A DNA stretch of 63,985 bases, the filler included, from Chiloscyllium plagiosum (lineage: Eukaryota), in NCBI RefSeq assembly GCF_004010195.1. It is 3 parts of one record of this genome, joined end to end, with 100 filler letters (N's around TTAATTAATTAA, not from the genome) between each part and the next. Parts side by side here need not be neighbours in the genome. Positions count along the whole stretch, not along the records: positions 1 to 29,227 come from NC_057713.1; 2 more parts are not named here. One strand, written 5' to 3'. Shown here in pieces: positions 1 to 12,449 of the stretch. The notes beneath the pieces are model-generated. The model saw nothing but the letters and a program-made list of their open reading frames with translations, was not told the DNA's origin and ran no database searches. Position 1 is the stretch's first letter, and the number at the start of each line of letters is the position of its first letter. A program made the position numbers and the translations under genes.

Positions 1-480
1 ATAAGGTCTCCATCAGGAATGTGGTGGTGGCCCAAGGAGGCTGAGAGATAAATGGGTGGGGGGGGGAAGGTAGCTAGGAATGTGATAGGTGGATGGTGAT
101 GATGATACGTCAGAGCAGAGGGTGGAGCGGATAGGTGGGAAGGAAGATGGACAGGGAGGGTGGTGCCAAGTTGGAGACTTGGATCTGGGATAAGGTAGGG
201 GAAGAGATGAGGAAACTGGTGAAATCGACATTGATCTTGTGTAGTTGGAGGGTCCCAAGGTGGAGGATGAGGTGTTCTTCCTCCAGGCATCGGGTGGCTA
301 GAATTTGGCGGTGGAGGCAGCTGAGAACTTTGGTAGAGTGGAGGGGGAATTGAAGAGTTTGGCCACAGAGCAGTGGAGTTGTTTAGTGCGTGTATCCCAG
401 AAAAGTTCTTTGAAACGTGCCGCAAGTTGGCATCCTGTCTCCCCAACATAGAAAAAAGAGCACATCGAGAGCAACAGACA
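1..480 (-). mobile_element. Penelope-like retroelement, degenerate 3' fragment
   Basis: Minus strand encodes ATRCLEEEHLILHLGT, the C-terminus seen in the GIY-YIG-bearing copies at 12.6-13.5 kb and 31.0-31.8 kb, followed by the same C-rich 3' region. Confidence 0.75.
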
Positions 481-1428
481 TTTAGTGTAAAATGTAATGC
501 TGAATTATAGAACACATTTGCTGCACACTACAAAATAGACAGGCAGGAAGGCTCAGAAAAAGGGGGGAACTCAAGGAATGCAGAAGATAGGGACATCTGT
601 GTTCACCAAGTATTAACAAGATGCTCTAAGGCAATTAAGGACATTTGCCTCAGCATCGGTGAATCTGTGCGAACAGGATGCCAAATAATAATATTCATGG
701 CTCTTCCCTTGTGAAATTAATGACAGTGTTTGATTCTGACCCTGAAACAAAACTCAGTACTATCAAAAGCCTTGTAATTGACAGTCAGATCCTGTCAATT
801 ATAATGGATTCTTATTACCCCCTGCAAGCGGGGCAGACACAGAGAGAAAAACATCTTTGCTGTTACAAGACCCTGACTTGCGCGAGAGCGCGCGGGAGCA
901 TTTTAGTGCTGAGGCTGAAGCCAGTAGAAAATCAACTCTTAGCGCTTACCTGCTATGGACTGAATTTAATTCCATTTTGGGATTTTATAATGATATTGAG
1001 TAGCCATTACTGGTTATTAAATACAAATTCTGTAAAAGATAATACTGATGAAGCATTAACTTACTTGCTATTCTTGCAGACTACTTGGCAGATCTTACAG
1101 ACTGCCCCACTGTCAATTTTAAGTAATCAGATCTTATGTCTTATTTGAATTTGAATCACAAAAAAGTGAAAAGAAAGCATGTTTAATTCGAAGACTAATA
1201 AATCAGTTTAAATGCAATCTTACGGTAACATCTCAGCCTCAGGTACAGAATGATTCAGTGCTTAAAAAGCAGGAGTCTGCTCCTAGCTTAGAAATTATTC
1301 TAAGCCTAACATTGAAGAGATTCTGGCACAATGTGTCAGGAAGCCATTTTATGGTCAAAAGTTTGCTCTCCTTGCTAAGAAGCCATTTTGTAAAACAATT
1401 GTATCTGACATGAGCTGTGCAAGGTTAC

Positions 1429-1543
1429 CTTATGAACTCTTCAATTAGCTCAGACTGGTACCTCTTATGATAGGAGTTTATCTCGCTAGCAGGCACCTAA
1501 CTCAACTGGTTATGTTTTTCCCACCTAATGAATGGCTTTGGGC
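1429..1543 (-). other. Candidate non-coding (5' UTR) exon of the minus-strand gene
   Basis: Acceptor actaatcactcttacAG and donor AAG|gtaacc; 115 nt with stops in all three frames; lies in non-repetitive sequence. Confidence 0.3.
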
Positions 1544-1849
1544 CTGTAAGAGTGATTAGTCAAGCGTACACAGACCTGTCAATTAACTTTTCTTCCTTAT
1601 GAATTATTGACTTTCATGGTTATCTGTCTAATTAAGAACATGCAATGTTTTGTAAACTTTTGTATAAAAAAAAGCCACTTTGTATCAGTACATCGGAGTA
1701 GACTGCTAAGGCACTTGAAGAGCTGGTACCCTTTTTCAAAGGCATAGACACGCATTTCTTCTTCAGGAGGGTTACAGCCAAAACGTTGACTTCTCCACCT
1801 CCTGATGCTGCCTGGCTTGCTGTATTCTTCCAGCCTCCTGCTTGTCTAT

Positions 1850-4200
1850 GAGACAAGGGGCAAAACCCGATGACCTCTTGGGAAATAAGACAAAGCAATG
1901 ACTGAGCACTCAGTGGGGGAGCACTTTGAGATCAGTGACCACAATTCTATTAGTTTTAAAATAGCTATAGAAAGGATAGGCCTGGTCCAAAAGTTAAAGT
2001 TTAAATTGGGTATGCCAATTTTGATGGTCTTGGACAGGAACTTTCAAAAGTTGTTTGGGGGATGATGTACACAATAAAGGGACATCTGGAATGAAGGAGG
2101 ATTTCAAAAGCAAGATAACAAGAGTTCAGGGACAGCATGTTCCTGTTGGTGGGAAGGGCAAGGTTGGCCAGAGTAGGTAACACTGGATGACTAGAGAAAA
2201 TCCTGACGCTCTGGTCAAGTAAAAGGAAGCCATGTTGGATATAGACAGCTAGGATTAAGTGATTCTCTTGAGGAATAGAGGAGGTGTAGGAGTATACATA
2301 AGAGGAAAATCAGAAGACAAAAAGGGGGCATGAGTTCATTTTGGCAGATAAAATTAAGGAGAATCCAAACAGATTCTACAAGTATATTAAGGGCAAAAGA
2401 ATAACTATGGAGAAAATAGGCCCCTTGAAGATCAACAAGACCATCCATGTGTGGAACCACAGGAGAAGAGGGAGATCCTAAATGAGTATTTCATAGCAGT
2501 ATTTACTGTGAAGATAGATATGGAAGCTAGGGAACTTGGGGAAATAAATAGGGATGTCTTGAAAAGAGTTCACATTGCAGAAGAGGGTGTGCTGAAGGTC
2601 TTAAAATACATAAGTAGATAAATCCCTGGGACATGATCAAGTGCATCCCAGGACTTTGTGGGAAACTAGGGAAGAAATTGTGAGGCCCCTAGCAGTGATA
2701 TTTGTACTATCAATAGCCATGGGTGGGGTGCCGGAAGATTGGAGAGTGACTAATGTGATGCCAATATTTAAGAAAGGCTGCAAGGAAAAGCCAGGGAGCT
2801 ACAGAACAGTGAGCCTGATATCAATGGTGGCTAAGTTGTTGAAGGGATTGAGAGACAGTATCTATGTGCATTTAGATTAGGGATAGTCAGCATAGCTTTG
2901 TGAGATACTATTTCCCACACACAAATTTGATTGAGATTTTCAAAGAGATGACCAAGAAGATAGATGAAGACAGAGCAGTAGATGTTGTCTACATAGACTT
3001 TAGCAAAGCTTTCGAAAAGGTTCACATGGTAGACTAATTAGTGAGCTTGACAGTAGGAGATAGAGGATTGAGGGTTATTGTTCAAACTGGACGCCTGTGA
3101 CCAGGGGTGTGCTTTATTTACATAAATGATTTGGATGAAAATATAGGAGACACGGTTAGTAAGTTTGCAGATGACACCAAAGTAGGTGGTAGGAGGAGGT
3201 TATCTAAGAGTACAATAGCGTCATGATCGTGTGGACCAAGGAATGGCAGATGGAGTTTAATTTAGATAAATATGAGGTGTTGGCATTTTAGTAAGATAAA
3301 CACAGGGCAGGACTTACACAGTTAATGATAGGGCCCTGAGGAATGGTCTATCTATCTGTCCGACAACTAGGTGTGCAAATACAAAAGTCATTGAAAGTGG
3401 CAATGCAGGTAGACAGGATGGTGGAGAAGCTGTTTAGTACACTCGCCTTCATCAATCAGAGCAGTGAGTGCAGGAGTTGGGAAGTTATGTTATGGCTGTA
3501 CAAGACATTGGTAAGGCCACATTTGGAGTACTGAGTGCAATTCCAGTTGGTCTACTACAGGAAGGACATTATTAAACTAGAAAGGCTGCAAAAAGGTTTT
3601 ACTAGGATGTCACCAACACTGGAGAGTTGCGTTATAAGGAGAGGCTGGAAGGCTAGGAGGCTGAGAGGTGGTCATATAACTGTTTATAAAATCATCAGAG
3701 CCATAGATAACATGAATAGCTAAGGTCTTTTCCCCAGAGTAGGGGAGTCCAAAACTAGAAGACATAAGTTTAAGGTGATGGGGAAAGATTTAAAAAAGGA
3801 TCTGAGGGACAACTTTTCCACACAGGTGATGGGTTTATGGAAGCTGCTACCAGAAGTACAATTACAACATTTAAAAGATGTTTGGACAGTACATGGATAG
3901 GAAAGGTTTCGAGGAGTATGGGCCAAATGCATGCAAATAGGACTAATTCATACAGTTTAGGAAACCTAGTCAATATGGACCAGTTGGGCTGAAGATTCTG
4001 TTTCCGGCTATATAACTAGTTCAGATAGAGAATGCACTGCCTGGAATCGTGCAGAGGCAAGTTAAATTGAAGCATTCAAGACGGCATTGGATGGTTCTTT
4101 AGATAGAAATAGTGTTTGTGGATATGGGTAAAAGGCAGGAGATTGGGATAAGGAATTAGGACAGTGGGCCGAATGGCCTTTCTCTGTGTAACAATTCTGC
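1850..4200 (+). mobile_element. CR1 LINE, degenerate ORF2 (endonuclease end, RT, 3' end) plus a second CR1 3' tail
   Basis: Fragments VPEDWRVTNVMPIFKKG..YRTVSL, KFADDTK (3161-3181) and LYKTLVRPHLEY; many stops and frameshifts. Confidence 0.92.
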
Positions 4201-6815
4201 AAAAAAATTCCCTGGCTACTGCTGCTTTGAATCCAGCTGATATCATGAGACAAGTCAATCCGAGGAGGAGACCTTGCTTAATGACCACATGTTTTACCTG
4301 AAGAACTGCAAATGCTGGAAATCATTGTCTGAGGAAGGGTGATTGAACCAGAAACTTTAACTCTGATTTCTCAGATGCTGCCAGACCTGTGAACCTTTCT
4401 AGCAATTTCAGTTTTTGTCACAATGTTGACTTTTTTTTATCATTGTGGAGGTCAGTCACTGAATAAGAGTCTGTCAATGTACATTTACATTATTTTGTTA
4501 AACATTTTTGATAAAAGAATAAATATGAATATTACACAATACAAGGACCATTTTAAATTTAAAATACATCAAGATAAGATTCAACTCTAACTATTCGACA
4601 ACCTTACAGACATAACCCTCAGTAAGGGTTAACCCTGTCTCCATGCCAAGAGGGCATTGCTCAGCTCACACAGCTGTAATCAGTTTCTTTTCATCCAATC
4701 TCTACATTCAGTTGATGCCACTTCAGTTAACAATCTTGCTCTGAGATAATTAAAAAAAAAAAGAGCTGACTCAGCTCATAAACAGGAGTTCCTTAATCTC
4801 ATGTTGGCAACAGCTTTGCAGGAAGTCATCCTGTCCAATCTCCATAGCCTTCTGTTTCTGGCTTTCTTCCAAACAGATCAGGACATTTTCCATCAGACCC
4901 AATTAGCTGGACTGCTAACAACAGTTCCCTCTTCTGTCTGATTTATCCCACTTCTGGGCCTTTTTTTATTTCCTCTCTCTGGACTGTAAACCCAAGTCAG
5001 CAAATACCCTAGCACTTATCTCCCTAGGTGACTAGCTGTTCATTCACCTAAAACCATATTCTTTCCTGAAACTGCTTTTTTTTTAAAACTCACACTGGAA
5101 AATGATTTTCTGACCTTTACCGGACTGAAAGCCTATATTTATTCATTCATCCACTTTAGAACCATAGTTCTCAAATGATAATATATTATGAGCATTCGTC
5201 ACATTACAGTTACATAGATAACACAGAGTGAGAGCAGTATGGCCCTGCTGGATAACAGTGGACAGGTGTTGGAGGAGAAGAGGGGAATGCAACTTTGTTA
5301 CCACCACACAGGGTGCCATTTATCATGTTGGCATGAGCCATTCCTGAAAAATGGGAATGAGTTCAGGAGAAAGAGAACACATTCTTGGGCCTTGGAGATC
5401 AAAAGAAGGTGAGGCCAGGTAAAACAAATGACTGCAGATGCTGGAAACCAGATTTTGGATTAGTGGTGCTGGAAGAGCACAGCAGTTCAGGCAGTATCCG
5501 AGGAGCAGCAAAATCGATGTTTCAGGCAAAAGCCTTTCGGTGAGGAGCAGACTTAAAAGGACAACAAGTCAACACCTGCAGAGAGAGAGATGTTTAAAGG
5601 GAAATTGGAAGGGTGTGGTTGAATGATTAGCATTTCAATGGGAATATGATTAAGAGAACCTGGACAAGGTGAGCTCAGGAGGGGTACGAGGGGAGATAGG
5701 AGAAAGGTATAAACTTAGTATATGTTTAAAAATGTGGGAATTGGAAAGCGCTGGGGGGATGGGTTGGTCAGTGCTACTGTCAGGACACGTACTGAGAGTG
5801 CAGCATTACCCTTCACATAAAACTAATCATGGTTCCTGCAAGTTTCCAAGTGAAATATCTTTCCCTCTGAGTAGCAGATATATAGATATTAATTCCAAAT
5901 GCCGAATATGCTACCAATAAACCCCTCTGAATGAGAAACTCAAACACCTAGTCATGATCAGGACTGAACTTTCTCCAGATGCTATAGAGACACTCAAGCG
6001 TTTCCGATATAAACATAGAACAAACTTCATAACCATAGAACAAACTTCATATAACCACAATTTCAAAGTAAATGTTCAGTCCTTGTATTGCTGCGATTCG
6101 CAGAAACTGTTACAAATTGTGAAAGGGCGTGAATTCCATAAAATTTCAGTGCTCCCAGCAGACGCCCCACCACTGTCACTAGGCAATGGGGGAGGAGCTT
6201 GTTAGTTACCTCCACATCTGAGAATGAATGAAAAATATTTGCTAACTCAAGCATCCCAGCACAGTTCGTCGATGCAAATGGGCTGCTGGACTTAAAATGT
6301 GCTTGCTTTCTGGTCCAAATACAGAGGGAATACAATGCGCCACTATATACAGAAGTTACCAGCAACTCTCAATTTGTTCAGCAACCAATTTGTGTTTGTA
6401 CAACACCTCAGTATTCTTGAAAAGAAGCTAATGTTAAAATTCTCCTGTAGCTTCACAACATTATTAAATAACGCCCAGCCTCCAACAACAGTCCCACAGT
6501 TTGCTGAGCCACGGCTCAATCGTTTACTACTGACGCAATGGCCATTTCTCACTATAATTTTTTGTTTAAAATACAACCTTAACCGTTAAATAATGTCACT
6601 AATTGTGAAATCGATGAAAATCTTACGCTTTTTTCCCACCCCATGAAGCAGTGGATTTCTGACCGTATTTCGACATTAACTCCACCCCGAGCACTGCAAG
6701 GGTCAGGACGCTCGCTGCTTTCAGTAAGATATTGCGAATTCTTTACAAACCATGAAATAAGCAACAGCGTTAAAGTCTCATTTCCCGAACTAAGACAAGA
6801 GGAATTTGCACTTAC

Positions 6816-6960
6816 TCGGGTGACAAGTTTTAAAATCTGAACAGGATTGCGAATGGTCTGGACTGCTGTCACTACCGCTTCGCCCAGTGCTGTACTTCCT
6901 GTGGCAGGAGTTAGCAGCGCGGAGCCACCTCCCTTCCCACTGCACACACTGAGATAGAAG
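6816..6960 (-). promoter_or_regulatory. Promoter and non-coding first exon of a minus-strand gene divergent from RMDN1, probably CPNE3 by synteny
   Basis: Locally CpG-rich unique DNA, ETS site ACAGGAAGT (6894-6902) and donor CGA|GTAAGT (6810-6815). The name rests only on the head-to-head RMDN1/CPNE3 arrangement in other vertebrates; no copine coding exon was seen. Confidence 0.5.
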
Positions 6961-7500
6961 GAGAGGAAGAGAAAAATGTGCGAATCCAACAGGGAGCCGC
7001 TATAATCAAGGCCCTCACATTTATGGATCAGATAGTCATCACACCCAGAACAAGGCTCATTTACGAAAAATGTCATTCAATTTTTTAAAAAAAAAGTTTA
7101 ATACTACTAACATTTCAGATTAATTATGCAGAAGTTTATTTCTGTTGCTCCCTCCGGACGCCTTCGGGGCGGTGTCTATCCCAGGACTGACTCTTTCCAA
7201 CATCATTCTTTGACCAAAACCAAAATCTGATAGAATTGAAACTTATCTCAACTGGTGTGTGGCAAAACAAAACTGTCCAACTCGAGAGGCGGCGTTGATT
7301 TCGAAGGATGACATTAACTAGTGGATAGATAGGATATTTAAACATGGCGCTGTGTTCATTTTTAGACGGGTATACACCCTAACAGATACCTCTGATACAG
7401 AAATGAGTTTACGCCTGTACATGAGAACTAAGCGTCTGATACAATTGACCCCACCCCTCCGAGAACGTAGTTTGCAGAGTTCACAGATTCAATTCGGTTA

Positions 7501-7682
7501 TGATTCGGAGGTGTCGGTGTTGGATTGGGGTGGACAAAGTTAAAAATCCCACTACACCGAGTTATAGTCCCAACGGTGTTATTTGGAAGCACTAGCTTTC
7601 GGAGCGCTGCTCCTTGAGAACCACCTGATGAAGGAGTAGCGAGCTAGTGGTTCCAAATTAAACTGTTGGACTATAACCTGGA
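7501..7682. mobile_element. Palindromic Penelope-derived short element (family B), degenerate
   Basis: Inverted arms gttatagtcc..ggaagcactagc and gctagtggttcc..ggactataac; same family as 28311-28531 and 38619-38814. Confidence 0.7.
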
Positions 7683-8779
7683 GGTTCGGAGGTTCCAGAC
7701 ATCCTCAAAGACTGCTCAAACCTTGCTTATATTTAGTGTCCAAATCTTCCTGACCTAAGCCTTCTGCCAAAAAATGGTTGATAGTACAGTCCAAAATTGG
7801 ATAGGTACAGTGTAAAAGTATATTTGCAAATATCTTGCAATCTGTAATCTACTAGAATCAAAGCAAAATGTAAACTTTTCCCAATTCAGTACAATTTATG
7901 TTATTTGACAGCGGTGATGGTTCAATGCAAGTTTGCATTGGACATGCTATTTTTTGTGAAAATGCATATAGTTCTATAGTGATTTGTGTTTTAAGTTAAC
8001 CTTAATCATAAAGTGCAATTAATTTGGCAATATAAACCCAATAGTAATTATACCATTGCTATTGCTGGGTATTTGGTACACCTCTGCTTAACTAACTGAA
8101 TGGACACTGGCTCAATGCCATCAACAAAAAAATTCGAATAAATGGGCCCTTTTTTCCAAGAAGCACAACTCATAGAAGGCAAAAGCACACAAACTAAAAC
8201 TTTTATGAAACTAAGTAATTTTGTTAACTGTTTCTTTGACATCAGAAACCACTAGACACCTTAAAATTCAAGATATTTAGTATAATAAAATCATGAGTTT
8301 TTTTAAAACATAAACTCGTATAAATTGACAATTGGCCTACACACTTCATTGTAAGTATTGTTCTAGGCTTACACTTTCATTAATTATCTTGCATAGCTTA
8401 ATACTGTCTTTCTGGGAAGTATTTTGTTTCAAGACCATAGTGATCTATTTCATCTTTTATTAATTTATTCATTCGTGAAATGTGTGCATCACTGACTGGG
8501 CCCACATTTATTACCCATTCCTAGCTTCTCTTGAGAAGATGGTGGTAAACTTCTTTTTTGAACTGCTGCAGTCCAGTTGGTGCAAGTAGCTTGGAAGGGA
8601 ACATGCAGGGGCTGGTGTTCCCATGTACCTTCCTTCCGAATGGTAATGGTTGTGGGTTTGGAAAGTGCTGTCTAAAGAGTCTTGGTTTATTTTTCCTCAG
8701 TGCATTTTGCAGATGGTACACACTGGTCCTACTGAGTTTCTCTTCTAATTCCCCCAAGTCCCTTCTTTAAACACTGGTG

Positions 8780-10210
8780 ATCAGATAAAGTGTCTTCTCT
8801 GTATTGATCTTTTATGATCAACATGGTATAGGATTGTACATGTTAGGCCACTTCATGAGATAAGAGTGTGCTGTTCAAAGTAGTATATTAGAATAGATAA
8901 AGGATTGGCTTATAAATGGAAGATAGGGAGCCTGGATATTGAGACTATTTTCAGAATTGCAACCTGTAACTAGTGGAATGCGACAGGATCAGTCCTGGGG
9001 CCACAGTTATTTAGAATATATATTAAAACCTTGGATGAGGATAGTGGATATATTATAGCCAAATTTGTAAAAGATACAAAAATAGATGTGAAGGCAAGTA
9101 GTGAGGATAACATGAAGAGTATGAAGACTGATATAAATAGTTTAAATGAGTGAGCGAATCTTGACAGATGGAATATTGTGCACTTTGGCAGGAAGAATGG
9201 AGGAGCTGAATATTACTTAAATGGAGAATGACTGTAGGAAGCTACAGCACAGGGATTTCAGAGTTCTCACGCATGAATTACAAAAAACTAACATCCAAGT
9301 TCAATGGATAATGGGGAAAACAAATGGAATGTTGACATTTATTTTGAAGAGAATGGAGTATTTAAATAGGGAAGTTTTGCTAAAACTGTACAAGATCATA
9401 CTAAGGAATGTTTTAAATTTGATTAGATTAGATTACTTACAGTGTGAAAACAGGCCCTTCGGCCCAACAAGTCCACACCGACCCTCCGAAGAGCAACCCA
9501 CCCGGACCCATTCCCCTAACACTACGGGCAATTTAGCATGGCCAATTCACCTGACCTGCACATTTTTGGACTGTGGGAGGAAACCGGAGCACCCGGAGGA
9601 AACCCACGCAGACACGGGGAGAATGTGCAAACTCCACAAAGTCAGTTGCCTAAGGCGGGAATTGAACCCAGGTCTTTGGCACTATAAGGAATGTTATGAA
9701 CAGTTTTGGGCCCCTTATCAAAGGAAATATATACTGGCATCAGGGAAAGTGAAAATACTTTCAACTAAGTTGACCTTGGATATGGAGAGACTGTTTTGTG
9801 AGGAGAGGTTGAGTAGGTTGGGCCTGTGTCATTGAAATATAGAAAAATGTGATGTGACCTTACTGAAAAATACATGATTCTTAGGAGACATGACAGGGTA
9901 GATGAGGAGAGATTGTTTCCCCTTATGGGAAAGTCTAAGACCAGATGACATCAGAGAAAGAGGTCACCCATTTAAGACAGTGATGAGGAAGATTTTTTTT
10001 TCACTCAGGGGATAGTGAATCTGTGAAATGCTTTACAGCTGTATTGTTAACTACATTCAAAGCTGAAATAGATGCATTTTCAATCAATGAGTTATGGGAA
10101 AAAAGCAGGAAAGTGGAGTTGAGGATTATCTGATCAGTTATGATTCCATTGAATGGCAGAGTACATTCAATGTGTTGAATAGCTTACTTCTGCTCATGTC
10201 TTATAGTTTT
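8780..10210 (+). mobile_element. CR1 LINE 3' half (RT), interrupted by a SINE
   Basis: Degenerate QGSVLGP, KFVKDTK and EVLLKLYK motifs and a CR1 3' UTR. Confidence 0.85.
9421..9684 (-). mobile_element. HE1-type tRNA-derived V-SINE
   Basis: B-box (ggaattgaacc), V-domain core and CR1-like tail; flanked by direct repeat taaggaatgtt (9402-9412 and 9685-9695). Confidence 0.88.
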
Positions 10211-10221
10211 CTGTGTAAAGG

Positions 10222-10430
10222 TAAAGTCACCATAGTCTTATCAGACCATAGTGTGGCTTTTTCATTAGAGAGAAATGACTGGTGGTGGTTTGACTGAAGT
10301 TTCAGCTCACCTCAGGTGAAGGGAGAGATTGAGAAGGAGAGTCTTCCAATTGTAAGCTCAGCCTGTATGGGAATTGAACCAGAGTTGGCATCACTCTGCC
10401 TTCCAAACCAGCCACCCAGCCAACTGGTGA
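10222..10430 (-). mobile_element. tRNA-derived SINE (second family), degenerate
   Basis: B-box gggaattgaacc near 10370 with a SINE-sized body. Confidence 0.45.
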
Positions 10431-10699
10431 TGTACAACTTCACTGTGATTTGTGGGAATTCCAATTATTTTTATCCATTAGGAAGAAGGGGAAGGGGGGA
10501 TATGGGGCTACTGCTCATCAATGTCTTCAGTGATAGCTACTGGCCTTTACTTATAGAAGAATAACTTTGAAGGTCAGGCATTAGCTGCGGTAGAGATTTT
10601 GTTAACATTGGGTACAAGTATAATGATCATCAGAAGTATGGAAAATAAAGGAGTCACACTATGAACTTAACTAATGAATATCCTGTGGTTGTACAATAA

Positions 10700-10980
10700 G
10701 TACAATGCAAGAATAGGCCCTTCAGCCCACCAAGCCTGCACCAACTCTAATCTTTATTTAGACCTGCTACCTATTGCCCATGCACAGTTTCTATCTCTCT
10801 GTTTGCCTGCTGTTCATGCATCTATCAAGATAAGCCTGAAACATTACTAACATGTTTGCTTCCATTACTTCCACTGGCAGTGTGTTCCAGGTACCCAACA
10901 CCCTCTGAAAGATTTTCCCTGCACTTCTCCCCTAAACTTTCCCCCTCTCTCTTTGAACCTGTGCCTTCTTCTAGTTGAAA
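10700..10980 (-). mobile_element. CR1 3' end fragment
   Basis: Reverse complement of the CR1 ORF2 C-terminus and 3' UTR (ggcccttcagccc). Confidence 0.75.
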
Positions 10981-11124
10981 AGTTGAAAGTTATGTGATAA
11001 CCTGGCTAATCACAATGTCATCATGCTGTCTGTGGATTATGGAAATCTGCCCTAAGTACTCTGAGAGCCTAAGTGAGTTGGCATTGAATAATATTTAATC
11101 AATCAAGGGTGATTTTTGGCAGAG

Positions 11125-11279
11125 GAGAAAGTGAGGTCTGCAGATGCTGGAGATCAGAGATGGAAATGTGTTGCTGGAAAAGCGCAGCAGGTCAGGCAGC
11201 ATCTAGGGAACAGGAGAATCGACGTTTCGGGCATTAGCCCTTCTTCAGGAATGAGGAAAGTTGGTCCAGCAGGCTAAGA
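11125..11279 (-). mobile_element. Solo Penelope terminal repeat (pLTR, family A) with 15-bp target-site duplication
   Basis: tgatttttggcagag repeated exactly at 11110-11124 and 11280-11294; body matches the terminal repeat of the Penelope copies. Confidence 0.85.
11217..11252 (-). ncRNA. Minimal type-I hammerhead ribozyme motif (family A)
   Basis: auuc-CUGAAGA-A-GGGC uaau GCCC-GAAA-C-GUC-gauu on the minus strand. Confidence 0.65.
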
Positions 11280-11389
11280 TGATTTTTGGCAGAGTCAGTT
11301 ACCACTGAGTGCTCTTTTCCATTCCCAAGTATCTTGAGTGTGAATTCAGCACTAGGGAACTGAGTACTTTCAGATTAACATATTGTCTG

Positions 11390-12440
11390 ACTGACATACC
11401 ATAGTTGGAGTTATGTACAGGCCTCCAAATAGTAGTAAGGAGCTGGGGTACAAGATACATCAGGAGGTAGAGAAGGTGTGTAAGAAAGGCGAACTTACAA
11501 TGATCGTGGGCATTTCAATATGCTGGTGGACTGAGAAAATCAGGTTGGTAGTGGATTGCAAGGAAAGGTATTTGTGAAATGTCTATAAAGTGGCCTTTTA
11601 GAGCAGCTTTTGGTGGAGCCCACGAGGAAACAGGCAACACTAGCTTTAGTTTTGTACAATGAGGCAGATTGATAAGGAAGCTTAGGGTGAAGGAACCCTT
11701 AGGAGGCAGTGATCATAATATGATTGAATTTACTCTGAAATTTGAGATGGAGAAGATAGAATCAGAGGTAACGGTATTATGGCTAAATAAAAGCAACTAT
11801 AGAGGCATGAGGGAGGGGCTGGACAGAATTGACTGGGAGAAGAGCCTAGTAGGAAAGACAGTAGAACAGCAATGGCAGGAGTTTCTGGGACCAATTCAGG
11901 AGACACAACAGAGATTCATCCTGAGGAAAAAAAAGCATGGTGCAGGGAGGATGACTAGGGAAGTCAGGGATAGCATTGAGGCAAAAGAGAAAGCATACAA
12001 TGTGGTGAAGGTGGTGGGAAACCAAAGGATTGGAAAGCTTACAAAGACCAACAGAGGGCAACAAAAAAAGAAATAAGGAGGGAGAAGATTAAATATGAAG
12101 GTAAGCTTGCCACTGATATAAAAGAAGACTGTAAGAGTTTCTTTAGATATATAAAGTGCAAAAGAGAGGCAAAAGTGGACATTGGACTGCTGGAAAATGA
12201 CACTGGTGAGATAGTTGAGGGGAATAAGGAAATGGTTGAGGAACTGATTAATTACTTTGTGTCAGTCTTCATAGTGGAAGACACAAGTAATATCCCAAAA
12301 ATTCAAGAGAGTAAGGGGGCAGAGCTGAGTATGGTGGCTATCACCAAGGAGAAGGTACTAGAAAAAATGAATGGCCTGAAGGTGAATAAACTTTGGGGTC
12401 CATTGTGAAGGATGAGATTGCTGACTACTTGAAAATGTAT
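11390..12440 (+). mobile_element. CR1 LINE ORF2 fragment (APE endonuclease end and linker)
   Basis: EPLGGSDHNMIEF endonuclease motif; ORFs 11669-12076 and 12175-12408. Confidence 0.9.
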
Positions 12441-12449
12441 GATAAAATA

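Noticed and set aside
678..1148. 156-aa + strand ORF
   Set aside because: No recognisable domain or gene context; overlaps a regulatory-looking motif cluster and is probably a chance ORF.
6579..7076. 165-aa minus-strand ORF
   Set aside because: Runs across the promoter and a consensus splice donor; no copine or other similarity recognised.
9221..9835. 204-aa ORF
   Set aside because: Chimera of CR1 RT and an antisense HE1 SINE.
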